DNA of 63,726 nucleotides, from assembly GCA_035708405.1 (NCBI GenBank), contig DASSSQ010000148.1, forward strand, positions 1-63,726, given 5' to 3'. Every line of letters starts with the position of its first letter. Positions within the stretch are counted from its first letter, which is position 1. The notes beneath the pieces are model-generated. The model was not told the origin of the DNA and made no database searches. It saw only the letters and a list, made by a program, of their open reading frames with translations. The DNA comes from Gaiellaceae bacterium (GTDB lineage Bacteria; Actinomycetota; Thermoleophilia; Gaiellales; Gaiellaceae). Of the stretch, positions 26,429-35,151 are shown one piece after another. The translations under genes and the position numbers were made by a program.

Positions 26429-29170
26429 GTGAGGGGAACGAACGTCCGCCGGGTCGTGCCGCTCGCGGCGCTCGTCGCGCTGCTCGCGCTCGTCCCGCTG
26501 CGCGAGGCGCGCGCCGCCGCACCGGGGCCGAACGGGCGCATCGTCTTCGTGTCGGGGACGATCCAGACCGCAAACGCCGATGGCACGAGCGAGACCGACA
26601 CCACCGTGCTCGGCACGTCGCCCTCCTTCTCGCCCGCCGCCGACAAGATCGCCTACGTCTCAGGCGGCACCCTCTGGATCATGGACGCGGACGGGAGCAA
26701 CGCGGCCCAGGTGCAGAACAGCGGCTCCCCGATCGTCGCCGCCGATGTCGCCTGGTCGCCGGACGGGCAGACGCTCGCGTTCACGACCGGCGGCAAGCTC
26801 GACACCGTCCCGATCGGCGGCGGCTCGCCGAGCACGATCGCGTCGGTGTCGGGGGCCGCGCACCCGGCCTGGTCGCCGAACAGCGCCAAGATCGCGTTCG
26901 ACGGCAACGGCGCGATCTGGACGGTCAACGCCTCGGACGGCACCGGTCTGACGAACGTGACCGAGACCGGCAGCGGCGACTCGGAGCCGACCTGGTCGCC
27001 GGACGACACGACGATCGCCTTCGCCTCCACGCGGACGGGTACGAGCGAGATCTGGGCGGTCGGGGCAGCCGGCGGCCAGCCCGCGCAGCTCACGCCATCC
27101 GGCACCCCGGCGGCTACGAGTCCCTCCTGGTCGCCCGACGGCAGCACGATCGCGCTCGTCGAAAGCGGAACGACGCTCGCGACGATGCCCGCGGGCGGCG
27201 GAACGGTCACCACCTCGATCGCCGGCACGGAGCCGGACTGGGGCGAGGCGTTCGGCCCGATCGCCGGTGAAGGGCCGACGATCAGCGGCAGCCCGCTGGC
27301 GGCGGGGACGACGCTCTCGACCACGACCGGCAGCTGGAGCGGCAGCCCGTCGACCTTCGGCTACCAGTGGCTCCGCTGCAACTCGTCCGGCTCCGGCTGC
27401 GTGGCGATCTCCGGCGCGACCGGGAGCCAGTACACGCTGGCCGTCGCCGACGGCGGCTCGACGATGCGCGTGACGGTGACCGCGTCCGGCTCCGGCGGCT
27501 CCGTGTCGACGACCTCGGCGCAGACCGGGGTCGTCACCTCGACCGGGCCGACGAACACGAGCCTGCCGACGATCGTCTTCTTCGGCGTCGCGCCGATCCA
27601 GGGCACCGCAGTGAGCGCGAGCGCGGGCACCTGGTCGGGCTCGCCGCCGATCACGTACACCTACCAGTGGGAGCAGTGCGACGCCGGCGGCGGCAACTGC
27701 ACGCTGAACGGCGCCACGGCCACGAGCTACACGCCGACCGCCGACGACACCGGGCACACGCTGCGGGTGAAGGTGACTGCTACGAACGGCGCCGGCTCGA
27801 CAACCGCCGAGTCCAACGCGACGAAGGCGGTGCAGGGGCTCTTCCCGGCCGCCGTCCTGCCGCCGACGGTGAACATCGCGAACCCGGTCGTCGGGCAGAC
27901 CGTCACCGGCTCGGTCGGCAGCTGGAGCGGCAAGCTGCCGATCACCTTCGACTACACCTTCGAGAAGTGCAGCTCGGACGGAACGCTCTGCATCCCGCTG
28001 CCGACGCCGAAGCCCGAGCAGCCGCCCTTCCCGTCGTTCGCGTCGATCCCGGTCGGGCTCGACCTCGTCGGCTGGCGGCTCGCCTTCCACGTGTGGGCGA
28101 CGAACAGCATCGGGCAGGCGAACCAGCGCTCGGCGCTGACGAGCCCGGTGGCGGCGAACCCGCCGGTCGCGTCCGCCAAGCCGACGATCGGCGGCCTGAA
28201 CGCCGTCGGGACGCAGCTCGTCGCGACGAACGGCACCTGGTCGAACCCGGCCGGCGGCACGATCGTCTACGGCTACGCGTGGCAGCGCTGCGACGCCTAC
28301 GGCAACGCGTGCAAGACGATCCCGGGCGCGAACACGAACGTCTACCTGCAGACGCCGTCCGACCTCGGCGCGACCTTCCGGATCTCCGTGACGGCGACCG
28401 GCCGTGCCGGAGCCGCGACCGCGCTCTCGGACCACACCTATCCGACCAAGCCGAAGCCGAAGCTGAAGCCGTCGATCGTCACGCCGCCGGCGATCGTCGG
28501 CGAGCCGGCGCCGCAGGTCGCGCTGAACGTCTCCGCCGGCAAGTGGAGCGGCGACCTGCCGATGAGGTTCCGCTACCACTGGCGCCGCTGCGACGCGACC
28601 GGCGCGCACTGCAGGACGATCTCCAGGCGGCGGATCTACGTCGTCGAGGTACCAGACGTCGGCTACACGCTGCGCGCCGTCGTCACGGCCAAGAACGCGA
28701 ACGGTGCGCTGAGCGCGATCACGGCGGCGACCGACACCGTCCGCCTCTACAAGCAGCCGCGCGGCCGGCGGATCGTCGGCTCGAAGGGCCCGAACTACCT
28801 CGCGGGCGGCGGCGGCAACGACACGCTGCTCGGCCGCGGCGGCAACGACACGCTGCTCGGCGGCGCCGGCGACGACCTGCTCGAGGGCGGCGCCGGCAAC
28901 GACGTGCTGATCGGCGGCCCGGGCGACGACCGGATCCTCGGCGGCCCGGGCAGCGACACGATCATCGCCAACGACGGCGAGAAGGACGTCGTCGACTGCG
29001 GCCCTGGCGTCGACCGCGCCGTCGTCGACGCCGTCGACGTCGTCAGCGCGAACTGCGAGAAGGTGCAGGTCGTCGCACCGCCGACGACGCCGACCCCGAC
29101 CCCGACGCCCAGCCCGTCGCCCACCCCGCCCACAACGACGGCGCCGACCGCCACCGCGCCGAAGCGCTAA
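26429..29170 (+). CDS. large secreted multidomain protein: signal peptide, TolB/PD40 beta-propeller, 5 Cys-pair Ig-like repeats, RTX Ca-binding repeats, Pro/Thr tail
   Basis: The in-frame GTG gives (M)RGTNVRRVVPLAALVALLALVPLREARA/AAPG. PD40 blades are present (VAWSPDGQTLAF, PAWSPNSAKIAF, PTWSPDDTTIAF, PSWSPDGSTIAL). Five repeats of about 95 aa carry GxWSG...Y-x-W-x-x-C-x6-C...Y...D-x-G-x-x-[LFM]R[VI]-x-VTA (third repeat diverges in the C-terminal half). Six GGxG(N/D)Dxxx nonapeptides follow. The tail is PPTTPTPTPTPSPSPTPPTTT. Confidence 0.8.
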   Translation: MRGTNVRRVVPLAALVALLALVPLREARAAAPGPNGRIVFVSGTIQTANADGTSETDTTVLGTSPSFSPAADKIAYVSGGTLWIMDADGSNAAQVQNSGSPIVAADVAWSPDGQTLAFTTGGKLDTVPIGGGSPSTIASVSGAAHPAWSPNSAKIAFDGNGAIWTVNASDGTGLTNVTETGSGDSEPTWSPDDTTIAFASTRTGTSEIWAVGAAGGQPAQLTPSGTPAATSPSWSPDGSTIALVESGTTLATMPAGGGTVTTSIAGTEPDWGEAFGPIAGEGPTISGSPLAAGTTLSTTTGSWSGSPSTFGYQWLRCNSSGSGCVAISGATGSQYTLAVADGGSTMRVTVTASGSGGSVSTTSAQTGVVTSTGPTNTSLPTIVFFGVAPIQGTAVSASAGTWSGSPPITYTYQWEQCDAGGGNCTLNGATATSYTPTADDTGHTLRVKVTATNGAGSTTAESNATKAVQGLFPAAVLPPTVNIANPVVGQTVTGSVGSWSGKLPITFDYTFEKCSSDGTLCIPLPTPKPEQPPFPSFASIPVGLDLVGWRLAFHVWATNSIGQANQRSALTSPVAANPPVASAKPTIGGLNAVGTQLVATNGTWSNPAGGTIVYGYAWQRCDAYGNACKTIPGANTNVYLQTPSDLGATFRISVTATGRAGAATALSDHTYPTKPKPKLKPSIVTPPAIVGEPAPQVALNVSAGKWSGDLPMRFRYHWRRCDATGAHCRTISRRRIYVVEVPDVGYTLRAVVTAKNANGALSAITAATDTVRLYKQPRGRRIVGSKGPNYLAGGGGNDTLLGRGGNDTLLGGAGDDLLEGGAGNDVLIGGPGDDRILGGPGSDTIIANDGEKDVVDCGPGVDRAVVDAVDVVSANCEKVQVVAPPTTPTPTPTPSPSPTPPTTTAPTATAPKR
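28805..28966 (+). repeat. tandem 27-nt units encoding six RTX-type nonapeptides (GGGGNDTLL GRGGNDTLL GGAGDDLLE GGAGNDVLI GGPGDDRIL GGPGSDTII)
   Basis: Coordinates were obtained by codon counting from the stop at 29170. The first two units are nearly identical at the DNA level (ggcaacgacacgctgctcggc twice). Confidence 0.8.
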
Positions 29171-30498
29171 CCCGCGTCCGCGTCGTCTCCTCCCTGCCGG
29201 CTTGCCGGCTCGGTGAACGTCACCGTCAGCCGGTCGATCCGCGTGCCCTCGACCTCGTCGACGTGGAACTCGACGCCGTCGTGGTCGACCTCGTCGCCCG
29301 GCTCCGGCACGCGCCCGAGCTGGCCGAAGACGAAGCCGCCGAGCGTGTGGAAGTCCTCGACCGGCAGCTCCGCCGCGAACTGCTCGTTGAAGTCGTCGAT
29401 CGGGAAGGTGCCGTCGATCCGGATCGTACGCTCGTCGACCCGCTCGACCGACTCGTCCGGCAGGTCGAACTCGTCCTCGATCTCGCCGACGATCTCCTCG
29501 AGCAGGTCCTCGAGCGTGACGATCCCCTCCATGCCGCCGTACTCGTCGACGACGATCGCCATGTGCTGGTTCTGCCGGCGGAACTCGGTCAGCAGCGCCG
29601 CCAGATCCTTCGTCTCGGGAACCATGTACGCGGGCCGGACGATCTCATCGAGCCGCACCTCGGCGAGGCCGCGGTCGTTCAACGCCGTGAACAGGTCGCG
29701 CACGTGCAGGACGCCGACGATCGCGTCCAGGTTCCCCGTGTAGACCGGATAGCGCGTGTACGGCGAGTCGAGCGTCACCGCGAGCGCCTCCTCGGGCGGC
29801 AGGTCGATCGAGATCGCCGTCACCTCCGGCCGCGGCACCATCACGTCGGCGGCCTCCTTGTCGGCGAAGTCGAAGACCTTGTAGAGCATCTCCTGCTCGT
29901 CGGCCTCCAGCTCGCCGTGCTGGGTCGCCGACGAGACGAGCATCTTCAGCTCCGGCTCGGAGTAGACCTCGATGTCGCCGCCGGGCGGCTCCATGCCCAT
30001 CCAGCCGAGCACGATCTCGGTCGACTTCTGCAGCACCCAGATCAGCGGCCGGCCGACGAGGAAGAAGGCGCGCACCGGCGGCGCGACCATCAGCGCGACC
30101 CGCTCGGAGGCCTGCAGCGAGATCCCCTTCGGCACCAGCTCGCCGATCACGACGGCGAAGAAGGTGACGACGAGGAAGCCGAGCGCGATCGCCAGGACGG
30201 TCGCGAGCCACGTCTCGAACAGGTGCGAGAGCGCCGGCTCGCCGACGGCGCCGATCCCGAGCGAGGTGAGCGTGACGCCGAGCTGCATCGCGGCGATGAA
30301 CCGCGGCGGCGCGGCGGTGATCCGCAGCACGAGCCGCGCGCGCCGGTTTCCCTGGTGCTCGAGCTCGTGCATCCGCGTCCGGCGCACGGTCACGAGCGCG
30401 TACTCGGCGGCGACGAAGAAGCCGTTCAGGAGGATGAGCACGCCGACGGCGACGAGCTCCCAGGCCAGTGTCACGTCTTTCCGCTCCGGTGCCGGCAA
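29167..30498 (-). CDS. CNNM/DUF21-CBS-CorC_HlyC family membrane protein ('hemolysin family' annotation class)
   Basis: 443 aa with an N-terminal 4-TM DUF21 domain, a CBS pair (VMVPRPEVTAISID..., VVDEYGGMEGIVTLEDLLEEIVGEIEDE) and the CorC_HlyC tail. Confidence 0.85.
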   Translation of the reverse strand: MPAPERKDVTLAWELVAVGVLILLNGFFVAAEYALVTVRRTRMHELEHQGNRRARLVLRITAAPPRFIAAMQLGVTLTSLGIGAVGEPALSHLFETWLATVLAIALGFLVVTFFAVVIGELVPKGISLQASERVALMVAPPVRAFFLVGRPLIWVLQKSTEIVLGWMGMEPPGGDIEVYSEPELKMLVSSATQHGELEADEQEMLYKVFDFADKEAADVMVPRPEVTAISIDLPPEEALAVTLDSPYTRYPVYTGNLDAIVGVLHVRDLFTALNDRGLAEVRLDEIVRPAYMVPETKDLAALLTEFRRQNQHMAIVVDEYGGMEGIVTLEDLLEEIVGEIEDEFDLPDESVERVDERTIRIDGTFPIDDFNEQFAAELPVEDFHTLGGFVFGQLGRVPEPGDEVDHDGVEFHVDEVEGTRIDRLTVTFTEPASRQGGDDADAG

Positions 30499-30551
30499 CC
30501 CGCTCGCGCGGGGCGACGTCTAGGAATCTCGTCAGCCAAGGCCGCCACGAA

Positions 30552-31505
30552 GTGTACGCGAGGGCCCGGCCGCTCCATGCAGGCGAACGTGTGTTCTATG
30601 ATCCGCACGTGGGCCCGGAGTATCGCGAGGAGCCGTGCCGCAGCGCCCTGAACCGCGTCAGGGGGATGGGCTTCGCCTGGTCGCTGAACCCGTACATGGG
30701 CTGTGCGCACCGCTGCACGTTCTGCTATGTCCGCGCCTTCGAGCGCCGCGCCGACCGGCCCGCGGACGACCGCTACGGGCGCTCGATCCGCGTCAAGACG
30801 AACGTCGCCGCGGTGCTGCGCGCCGAGCTCGCGCGGCCGTCGTGGCGCGGCGAGCACGTCGCGATCGGCGCCGCGACCGACCCCTACCAGCCGGTCGAGG
30901 GCCGCTACCGGCTGACGCGCGCCTGCATCGAGGTGCTCGCCGAGGCGCGGAACGCGTTCCACATCATCACGCGCGGGCCGATGATCCTCCGCGACCTCGA
31001 CGTGCTCTGCGAGGCCGCCCGCCGCGCCGAGGTCTCCGTCACCTTCTCGGTGCCGACGCTCGACCTCGAGGTCTGGCGGCGGACGGAGCCCGGCACCGCG
31101 CCGCCGCGGCAGCGGCTGCGCGTGCTGCGGCGGCTCGTCGACGCGGGCGTGAAGGCGGGCGTCGGGATGGCGCCGATCCTGCCCGGCATCTCCGACCGGC
31201 CCGAGCAGCTCGCGGCGGTCGTCCGCGCGGCGCGCGAGGCCGGCGCCACGAACGTCTGGGCGAACCTGCTCTACCTGAAGCCGGGCACGCGCGAGCACTT
31301 CCTCGACGCGCTCGCCCGCGACTGGCCGGACGAGCTCGACCGCTACCGTCGCCTCTACCGGAACCGCGCCTATCTGCCGAAGGAGGAGACGGAGCCGGTG
31401 CGGGCGAAGGTGGCGGAGCTGCGGCGACGCCACGGGGTCCGAGACCGGCGTCGTGTCCGGCTCGAGCCGCCGCCCGAGCCGGAGCAGTTGGAACTGGCGC
31501 TTTGA
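30552..31505 (+). CDS. radical SAM protein (Rv2578c / SplB-like DNA-repair-photolyase family)
   Basis: It has SLNPYMGCAHRCTFCYVRAF (CxxxCxxC) and GAATDPYQPVEGRYRLTR. I chose the GTG at residue 29 of track ORF 30468..31505 to avoid overlap with the divergent gene; the alternative is a GTG at 30591. Confidence 0.75.
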   Translation: MYARARPLHAGERVFYDPHVGPEYREEPCRSALNRVRGMGFAWSLNPYMGCAHRCTFCYVRAFERRADRPADDRYGRSIRVKTNVAAVLRAELARPSWRGEHVAIGAATDPYQPVEGRYRLTRACIEVLAEARNAFHIITRGPMILRDLDVLCEAARRAEVSVTFSVPTLDLEVWRRTEPGTAPPRQRLRVLRRLVDAGVKAGVGMAPILPGISDRPEQLAAVVRAAREAGATNVWANLLYLKPGTREHFLDALARDWPDELDRYRRLYRNRAYLPKEETEPVRAKVAELRRRHGVRDRRRVRLEPPPEPEQLELAL

Positions 31506-31526
31506 CGCATAGAATCGGGGAACCTG

Positions 31527-32150
31527 ATGCCGGACGAGATCTCCTGTCTGATCGTCGACGACCACGAGGTGGTGCGCGAGGGGCTGCGCCTGTCGCTCTC
31601 GCGCGCCCCGCACATTCGCGTCGTCGGCGAGGCCGGCGACGGCGCGAGCGCGGTCGAGCTCGTCCAGCGGCGCAAGCCCGACGTCGTGATCATGGACGTG
31701 CGCATGCCCGGGATGGACGGGCTCGAGGCGACGAAGGTGCTGACCGACACGGTGCCCGGCTCGAAGGTGCTGATCTTCACCGCCTACTCCGAGAAGAGCC
31801 TCCTCTCGCGCGGCCTGGAGTCCGGCGCCAAGGGCTACATCCTCAAGGAGGCGCCGCATCAGACGCTCGTCCGCGCGATCGAGAAGATCGCCGCCGGCGA
31901 GGGCTACGTCGACCCGGCGCTGATGCCCGCGTTCCTCGCAGGCAAGGACCGCGACGAGATGCTGACCGGCCGCGAGCGCGAGATCCTGCAGCTGCTCGCC
32001 GACGGCATGTCGAACGCCGACGTCGCCGGCCGCCTCTTCATCAGCCAGGAGACGGTCAAGAGCCACGTCCGGCACATCCTCACGAAGCTCGAGGCCGACA
32101 CGCGCACGCACGCCGTCGCGATCGCCCTCCGCGAAGCGATCATCGACTAG
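31527..32150 (+). CDS. NarL/LuxR-family response regulator
   Basis: 207 aa with LIVDDHEVVREGL...PDVVIMDVRMPGMDG...KGYILKEA and the LuxR HTH LTGREREILQLLADGMSNADVAGRLFISQETVKSHVRHILTKL. Confidence 0.9.
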   Translation: MPDEISCLIVDDHEVVREGLRLSLSRAPHIRVVGEAGDGASAVELVQRRKPDVVIMDVRMPGMDGLEATKVLTDTVPGSKVLIFTAYSEKSLLSRGLESGAKGYILKEAPHQTLVRAIEKIAAGEGYVDPALMPAFLAGKDRDEMLTGREREILQLLADGMSNADVAGRLFISQETVKSHVRHILTKLEADTRTHAVAIALREAIID

Positions 32151-32153
32151 GTC

Positions 32154-32801
32154 ATGCCCGACGAGCGGGCACGGCTCCAGGACCGGCTGATCGCGGCCGA
32201 GCAGGACGAGCGGCGGCGGATCGCGCTCTTCCTCCACGACGGGCCGGTGCAGTCGCTCTCCGGGATCGCGCTGATGCTCGACGCGGTCACCGCGTCGATC
32301 GAGGCGGGGAAGCTGGAGGAGGCGCGGACGGTGCTGCGGGGCGCGGCCGAGCGGCAGCGGCAGACGATCCGCGAGCTGCGCGACCTCTCGTTCGCGCTCG
32401 AGCCGGTCGTGCTGCGCGACCAGGGCTTCGGGCCGGCGATCCATGCGCTCGCCGAGCAGCTCGGGATCGCGCACGAGCTGCGGATCGAGCTCGACGTCGC
32501 CGAGGGCGACCGGCTCGGCGAGAAGGCGCAGATCGCGCTCTACACGATCATCCGCGAGTCGCTCGAGCTGGCGATCCGCCGCGGCCCGCGCTCGCGGATC
32601 CTCGTCCGGATCGCGCGGCTCGAGGACGGCTCGGTCGAGACGCTCGTCGCCGACGACGGCGCGGGCGAGCGGCGCCGACGCGCCTTCGAGGCGATCGAGG
32701 AGCGCGTGCGGCAGCTGCACGGCACCGTCTCGCTCGAGGCCGGCGACGACGGCGGCACCGAGCTCCGCGTCGTGCTGCCCCCGTACACGGCCCGGCGTTA
32801 A
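32154..32801 (+). CDS. minimal cytoplasmic HisKA_3-type histidine kinase with degenerate ATP-binding boxes
   Basis: 215 aa with no TM or sensor domain. The H-box is EQDERRRIALFLHDGPVQSLSGI and G1 is VADDGAGE. The N-box Asn position reads ESLELAIRRG and the G2 GxGL position reads RAFEAIEERV. Confidence 0.7.
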   Translation: MPDERARLQDRLIAAEQDERRRIALFLHDGPVQSLSGIALMLDAVTASIEAGKLEEARTVLRGAAERQRQTIRELRDLSFALEPVVLRDQGFGPAIHALAEQLGIAHELRIELDVAEGDRLGEKAQIALYTIIRESLELAIRRGPRSRILVRIARLEDGSVETLVADDGAGERRRRAFEAIEERVRQLHGTVSLEAGDDGGTELRVVLPPYTARR

Positions 32802-32878
32802 CCCGCTCCGGCGCCGGCAAGCCGCCGCCTGCGCTCATGGGCCGGCTCCGTCGAGCCTACGCCGATAGACTCGGATCG

Positions 32879-33058
32879 ATGAGCGAGAACGGCTACGTCG
32901 TCTTCGTCTGGAAGACCAGCGGCTACGAGCTCGAGGAGCGCGAGGGCGAGCCGCCGGCGATCGGCGAGCAGGTCGACGACGGGCTCGTCGTGACGAAGAT
33001 CGGCGCCTCGCCGTTGCCGGGCGACCGGCGGCGCTGCGTCTTCACCTCCGGCCGCTAG
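32879..33058 (+). CDS. 59-aa hypothetical protein
   Basis: The ATG-initiated tail of shadow ORF 30635..33058 reads MSENGYVVFVWKTSGYELEEREGEPPAIGEQVDDGLVVTKIGASPLPGDRRRCVFTSGR. Strong GC3 bias and non-shadow composition. Confidence 0.45.
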   Translation: MSENGYVVFVWKTSGYELEEREGEPPAIGEQVDDGLVVTKIGASPLPGDRRRCVFTSGR

Positions 33059-33059
33059 A

Positions 33060-33082
33060 CCTTGTGACACTGTGTCACGTGG
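33060..33082. repeat. palindrome CCTTGTGACAC-T-GTGTCACGTGG (copy 2 of 2)
   Basis: Read directly from the sequence. The first 19 nt are identical to 3315..3333. The perfect core is GTGACACTGTGTCAC. It starts 2 nt after the stop of the 59-aa ORF and contains the TGA of the convergent FAD gene (33075-33077). Confidence 0.8.
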
Positions 33083-34130
33083 CCGCGTCCTCGGCGGCTG
33101 CGAGGCCGAGCACGAGCGCCTGCGCGAGCCCGCTCGCGTAGCCGCCGGTCGCGAAGCCGCCCGCGTCGACGCCGGCGGCCCAGAGCCCGTCGACGCCGGT
33201 GCGGCCGCGCGCGTCGACGGCGATGCCGCCGATCGTGTGCGTGATCGCGGTCGCGACGCGGACGGCGACGACGACGCCGGGCGGCGCCGGAAACGGCAGC
33301 GCGTCCGGATCGACGGCGGTGGGCGCCGCCGCGACGATCTCGGCGACGGTGCGGTCGCGGACGCGCTCGGCGAGCGCTGCCTCGTCGAGCAGGTACCAGG
33401 CGCGGGCGCCCGGCCGCCGCGCGGTCGCCTGCGCGAGGTCGTTCTCCGACCACGAGACCTCACCTGGGAAGAACTCGATGCCTTCGTCGTCGACGACGCG
33501 CGCGACGCGGCCGTAGAGCTGGGAGAGCGGCACGAAGTCGGCCGGCACGAAGTCGGCGTCCGGCATGTTGCGGCCGTAGAACTCGTCCATCCCGGCCGAG
33601 AGCCGGGCGCCGCGCGCGAGCGCGAGCCGGAGCCCGTCGCCGGCCGACCACGGGTTCGCGCGCAGCCGCAGCGGCGCCGCCGGGCGGATGTGGAAGGCGA
33701 CGAGCTCGCGGCTTCCCTGGAAGCCGCCGGTGGCGAGGATCGCCGGCGGCTCCGGCTCCGCCGTCGAGCCGAGCAGCACGCCGCCGGCCGCGCTCACGAG
33801 CAGCTCGGTCAGCCGCTCCGGGTCGAAGCGCTTGCCGACCGTCCGCGGGTTCCCCGTCTCCGGCCAGACCGGCTCGGCGCCGAGCGACTCGAGCCACGCG
33901 ATCGCCTCGTCGAGCCGCTCGACGACGAGCCGCTGCAGCTCGGGGTCGCCGCCGGGACACTCCTCGCGGAAGCGCTCGAGGCTGCGGTGCCGCCAGATCA
34001 CGCAGGAGGAGAGCCGCATCGACCCGCCGGGCCCGTCCCCCTTCTCGTGCACCGCGACCTCGGCGCCGAGCTGTCGCGCCCGCGCCGCCGCGACGAGCCC
34101 GGCCATCCCGCCGCCGAGGACCGTCAGCAA
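33075..34130 (-). CDS. FAD-dependent oxidoreductase (flavoprotein, FAD_binding_2-like)
   Basis: 351 aa with a TTG start 1 nt after the upstream stop. The dinucleotide fold is VLGGGMAGLVAAARARQLGAEVAVHEKGDGPGGS, and the C-terminal part is GLWAAGVDAGGFATGGYASGL. Confidence 0.75.
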   Translation of the reverse strand: MLTVLGGGMAGLVAAARARQLGAEVAVHEKGDGPGGSMRLSSCVIWRHRSLERFREECPGGDPELQRLVVERLDEAIAWLESLGAEPVWPETGNPRTVGKRFDPERLTELLVSAAGGVLLGSTAEPEPPAILATGGFQGSRELVAFHIRPAAPLRLRANPWSAGDGLRLALARGARLSAGMDEFYGRNMPDADFVPADFVPLSQLYGRVARVVDDEGIEFFPGEVSWSENDLAQATARRPGARAWYLLDEAALAERVRDRTVAEIVAAAPTAVDPDALPFPAPPGVVVAVRVATAITHTIGGIAVDARGRTGVDGLWAAGVDAGGFATGGYASGLAQALVLGLAAAEDAAT

Positions 34131-34131
34131 G

Positions 34132-34806
34132 CTAGGTGAGCGAGAACGTCGGCTTGTGCTCGACGTACTCGACGCGCACGCGGTCCGGGCCCCAGACGAA
34201 GACGGCGATCGTGTTCGCCGCGTCGACGACGCTCTCGACGATCCCGAGCCGCTCCGCCTCGCCGATGTGCTCCTGCGCCGAGTCGACGAGGACGGCGAGG
34301 TGGTTGAGGAGCGGCCGCTCCGGCGCGCCCGGGTCGCCCTCGTGCAGCTCGACGTAGGCGCCGCCGACCTCGACGCGCGCGACGCCGCCCTCGCCCGGCT
34401 CCGCGTCCTCGAAGCCGAGCCGGCGATATTCCTCGACCGCGGCGTCCGGGTCGGAGGCCTGCAGCGCGACGTGGTCGAGGTCGTACTCGATCCCGGTCGG
34501 CGCCTCGACCAGCCGGATCCGCAGTCCCTCGGCGACCTCGACCTCCGGGCTCGACCCGTCCGGCAGCGCCGCGAGCGCCGCGCCGAGGTCGGAGACGCGC
34601 AGCCCGATCCGCAGCAGCGCGCCCCGCTCGCGCGGCCCCTCGGCGTCGAACAGCGTCAGCTTGCCGTGCCGCGCGTCCGAGCCGACGAGCGTGAAGGCGT
34701 CCTCGCGCGCGATCACGTGCATGCCGAGGTACGCGCAGGCGAAATCGGCGATCGGGTCGCGGTCCGCGACCCAGAGCGCGACGTGGTCGAGGGTCTTCGG
34801 CTGCAC
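34132..34806 (-). CDS. VOC (glyoxalase/bleomycin-resistance/dioxygenase) family protein, two-module
   Basis: 224 aa with LDHVALWVADRD... and LDHVALQASDPDAAVEEYRRLGF... LNHLAVLVDS. Confidence 0.75.
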   Translation of the reverse strand: MQPKTLDHVALWVADRDPIADFACAYLGMHVIAREDAFTLVGSDARHGKLTLFDAEGPRERGALLRIGLRVSDLGAALAALPDGSSPEVEVAEGLRIRLVEAPTGIEYDLDHVALQASDPDAAVEEYRRLGFEDAEPGEGGVARVEVGGAYVELHEGDPGAPERPLLNHLAVLVDSAQEHIGEAERLGIVESVVDAANTIAVFVWGPDRVRVEYVEHKPTFSLT

Positions 34807-34815
34807 GGCGCGAGC

Positions 34816-35151
34816 TTACTTCCGGCGGTCGACCGCCCGCTGCAGCTGCGCCTTGTTCATCTTCGAGCGACCGTCGATGCCCATCCTGCGGGCCTCGTTG
34901 TAGAGCTGCTCCTTGGTGCGTCCCTTCGGCCGGTCGGTGCCGGACCGCCGTCCGCCCCGCCGGCCCGAGGACATGTCCTCCCGGGAGAGACGCGACGACT
35001 CGCGCGCCTCGCCGGCGCGCGCCCGCTCCTTGTTCACGGTCCGCGCCGCGATCTCCTCGGCCCGCTTCGGCGAGCGCCCCTGCTCGCGCTCGGACTCCTT
35101 CACGTGCTCGTACTGCCGTTCCCGCTTCGCGCTCCACGCCGTCTGCGGCAT
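34816..35151 (-). CDS. Rho_N (SAP-like) domain-containing small basic protein
   Basis: The ATG is preceded by GAGGAGGTGAGAGCC (the track start at 35160 is a GTG inside the RBS). The sequence has SAKRERQYEHVKESEREQGRSPKRAEEIAARTVNKERA and the C-terminal TKEQLYNEARRMGIDGRSKMNKAQLQRAV. Confidence 0.65.
   Translation of the reverse strand: MPQTAWSAKRERQYEHVKESEREQGRSPKRAEEIAARTVNKERARAGEARESSRLSREDMSSGRRGGRRSGTDRPKGRTKEQLYNEARRMGIDGRSKMNKAQLQRAVDRRK

Noticed and set aside
26429-29170. Classical type I secreted RTX toxin
   Set aside because: The protein has an N-terminal Sec-type signal peptide. No ABC/MFP/OMP secretion genes are adjacent. The neighbouring 'hemolysin family' gene is a CNNM/CorC-type membrane protein, not a toxin or transporter for it.
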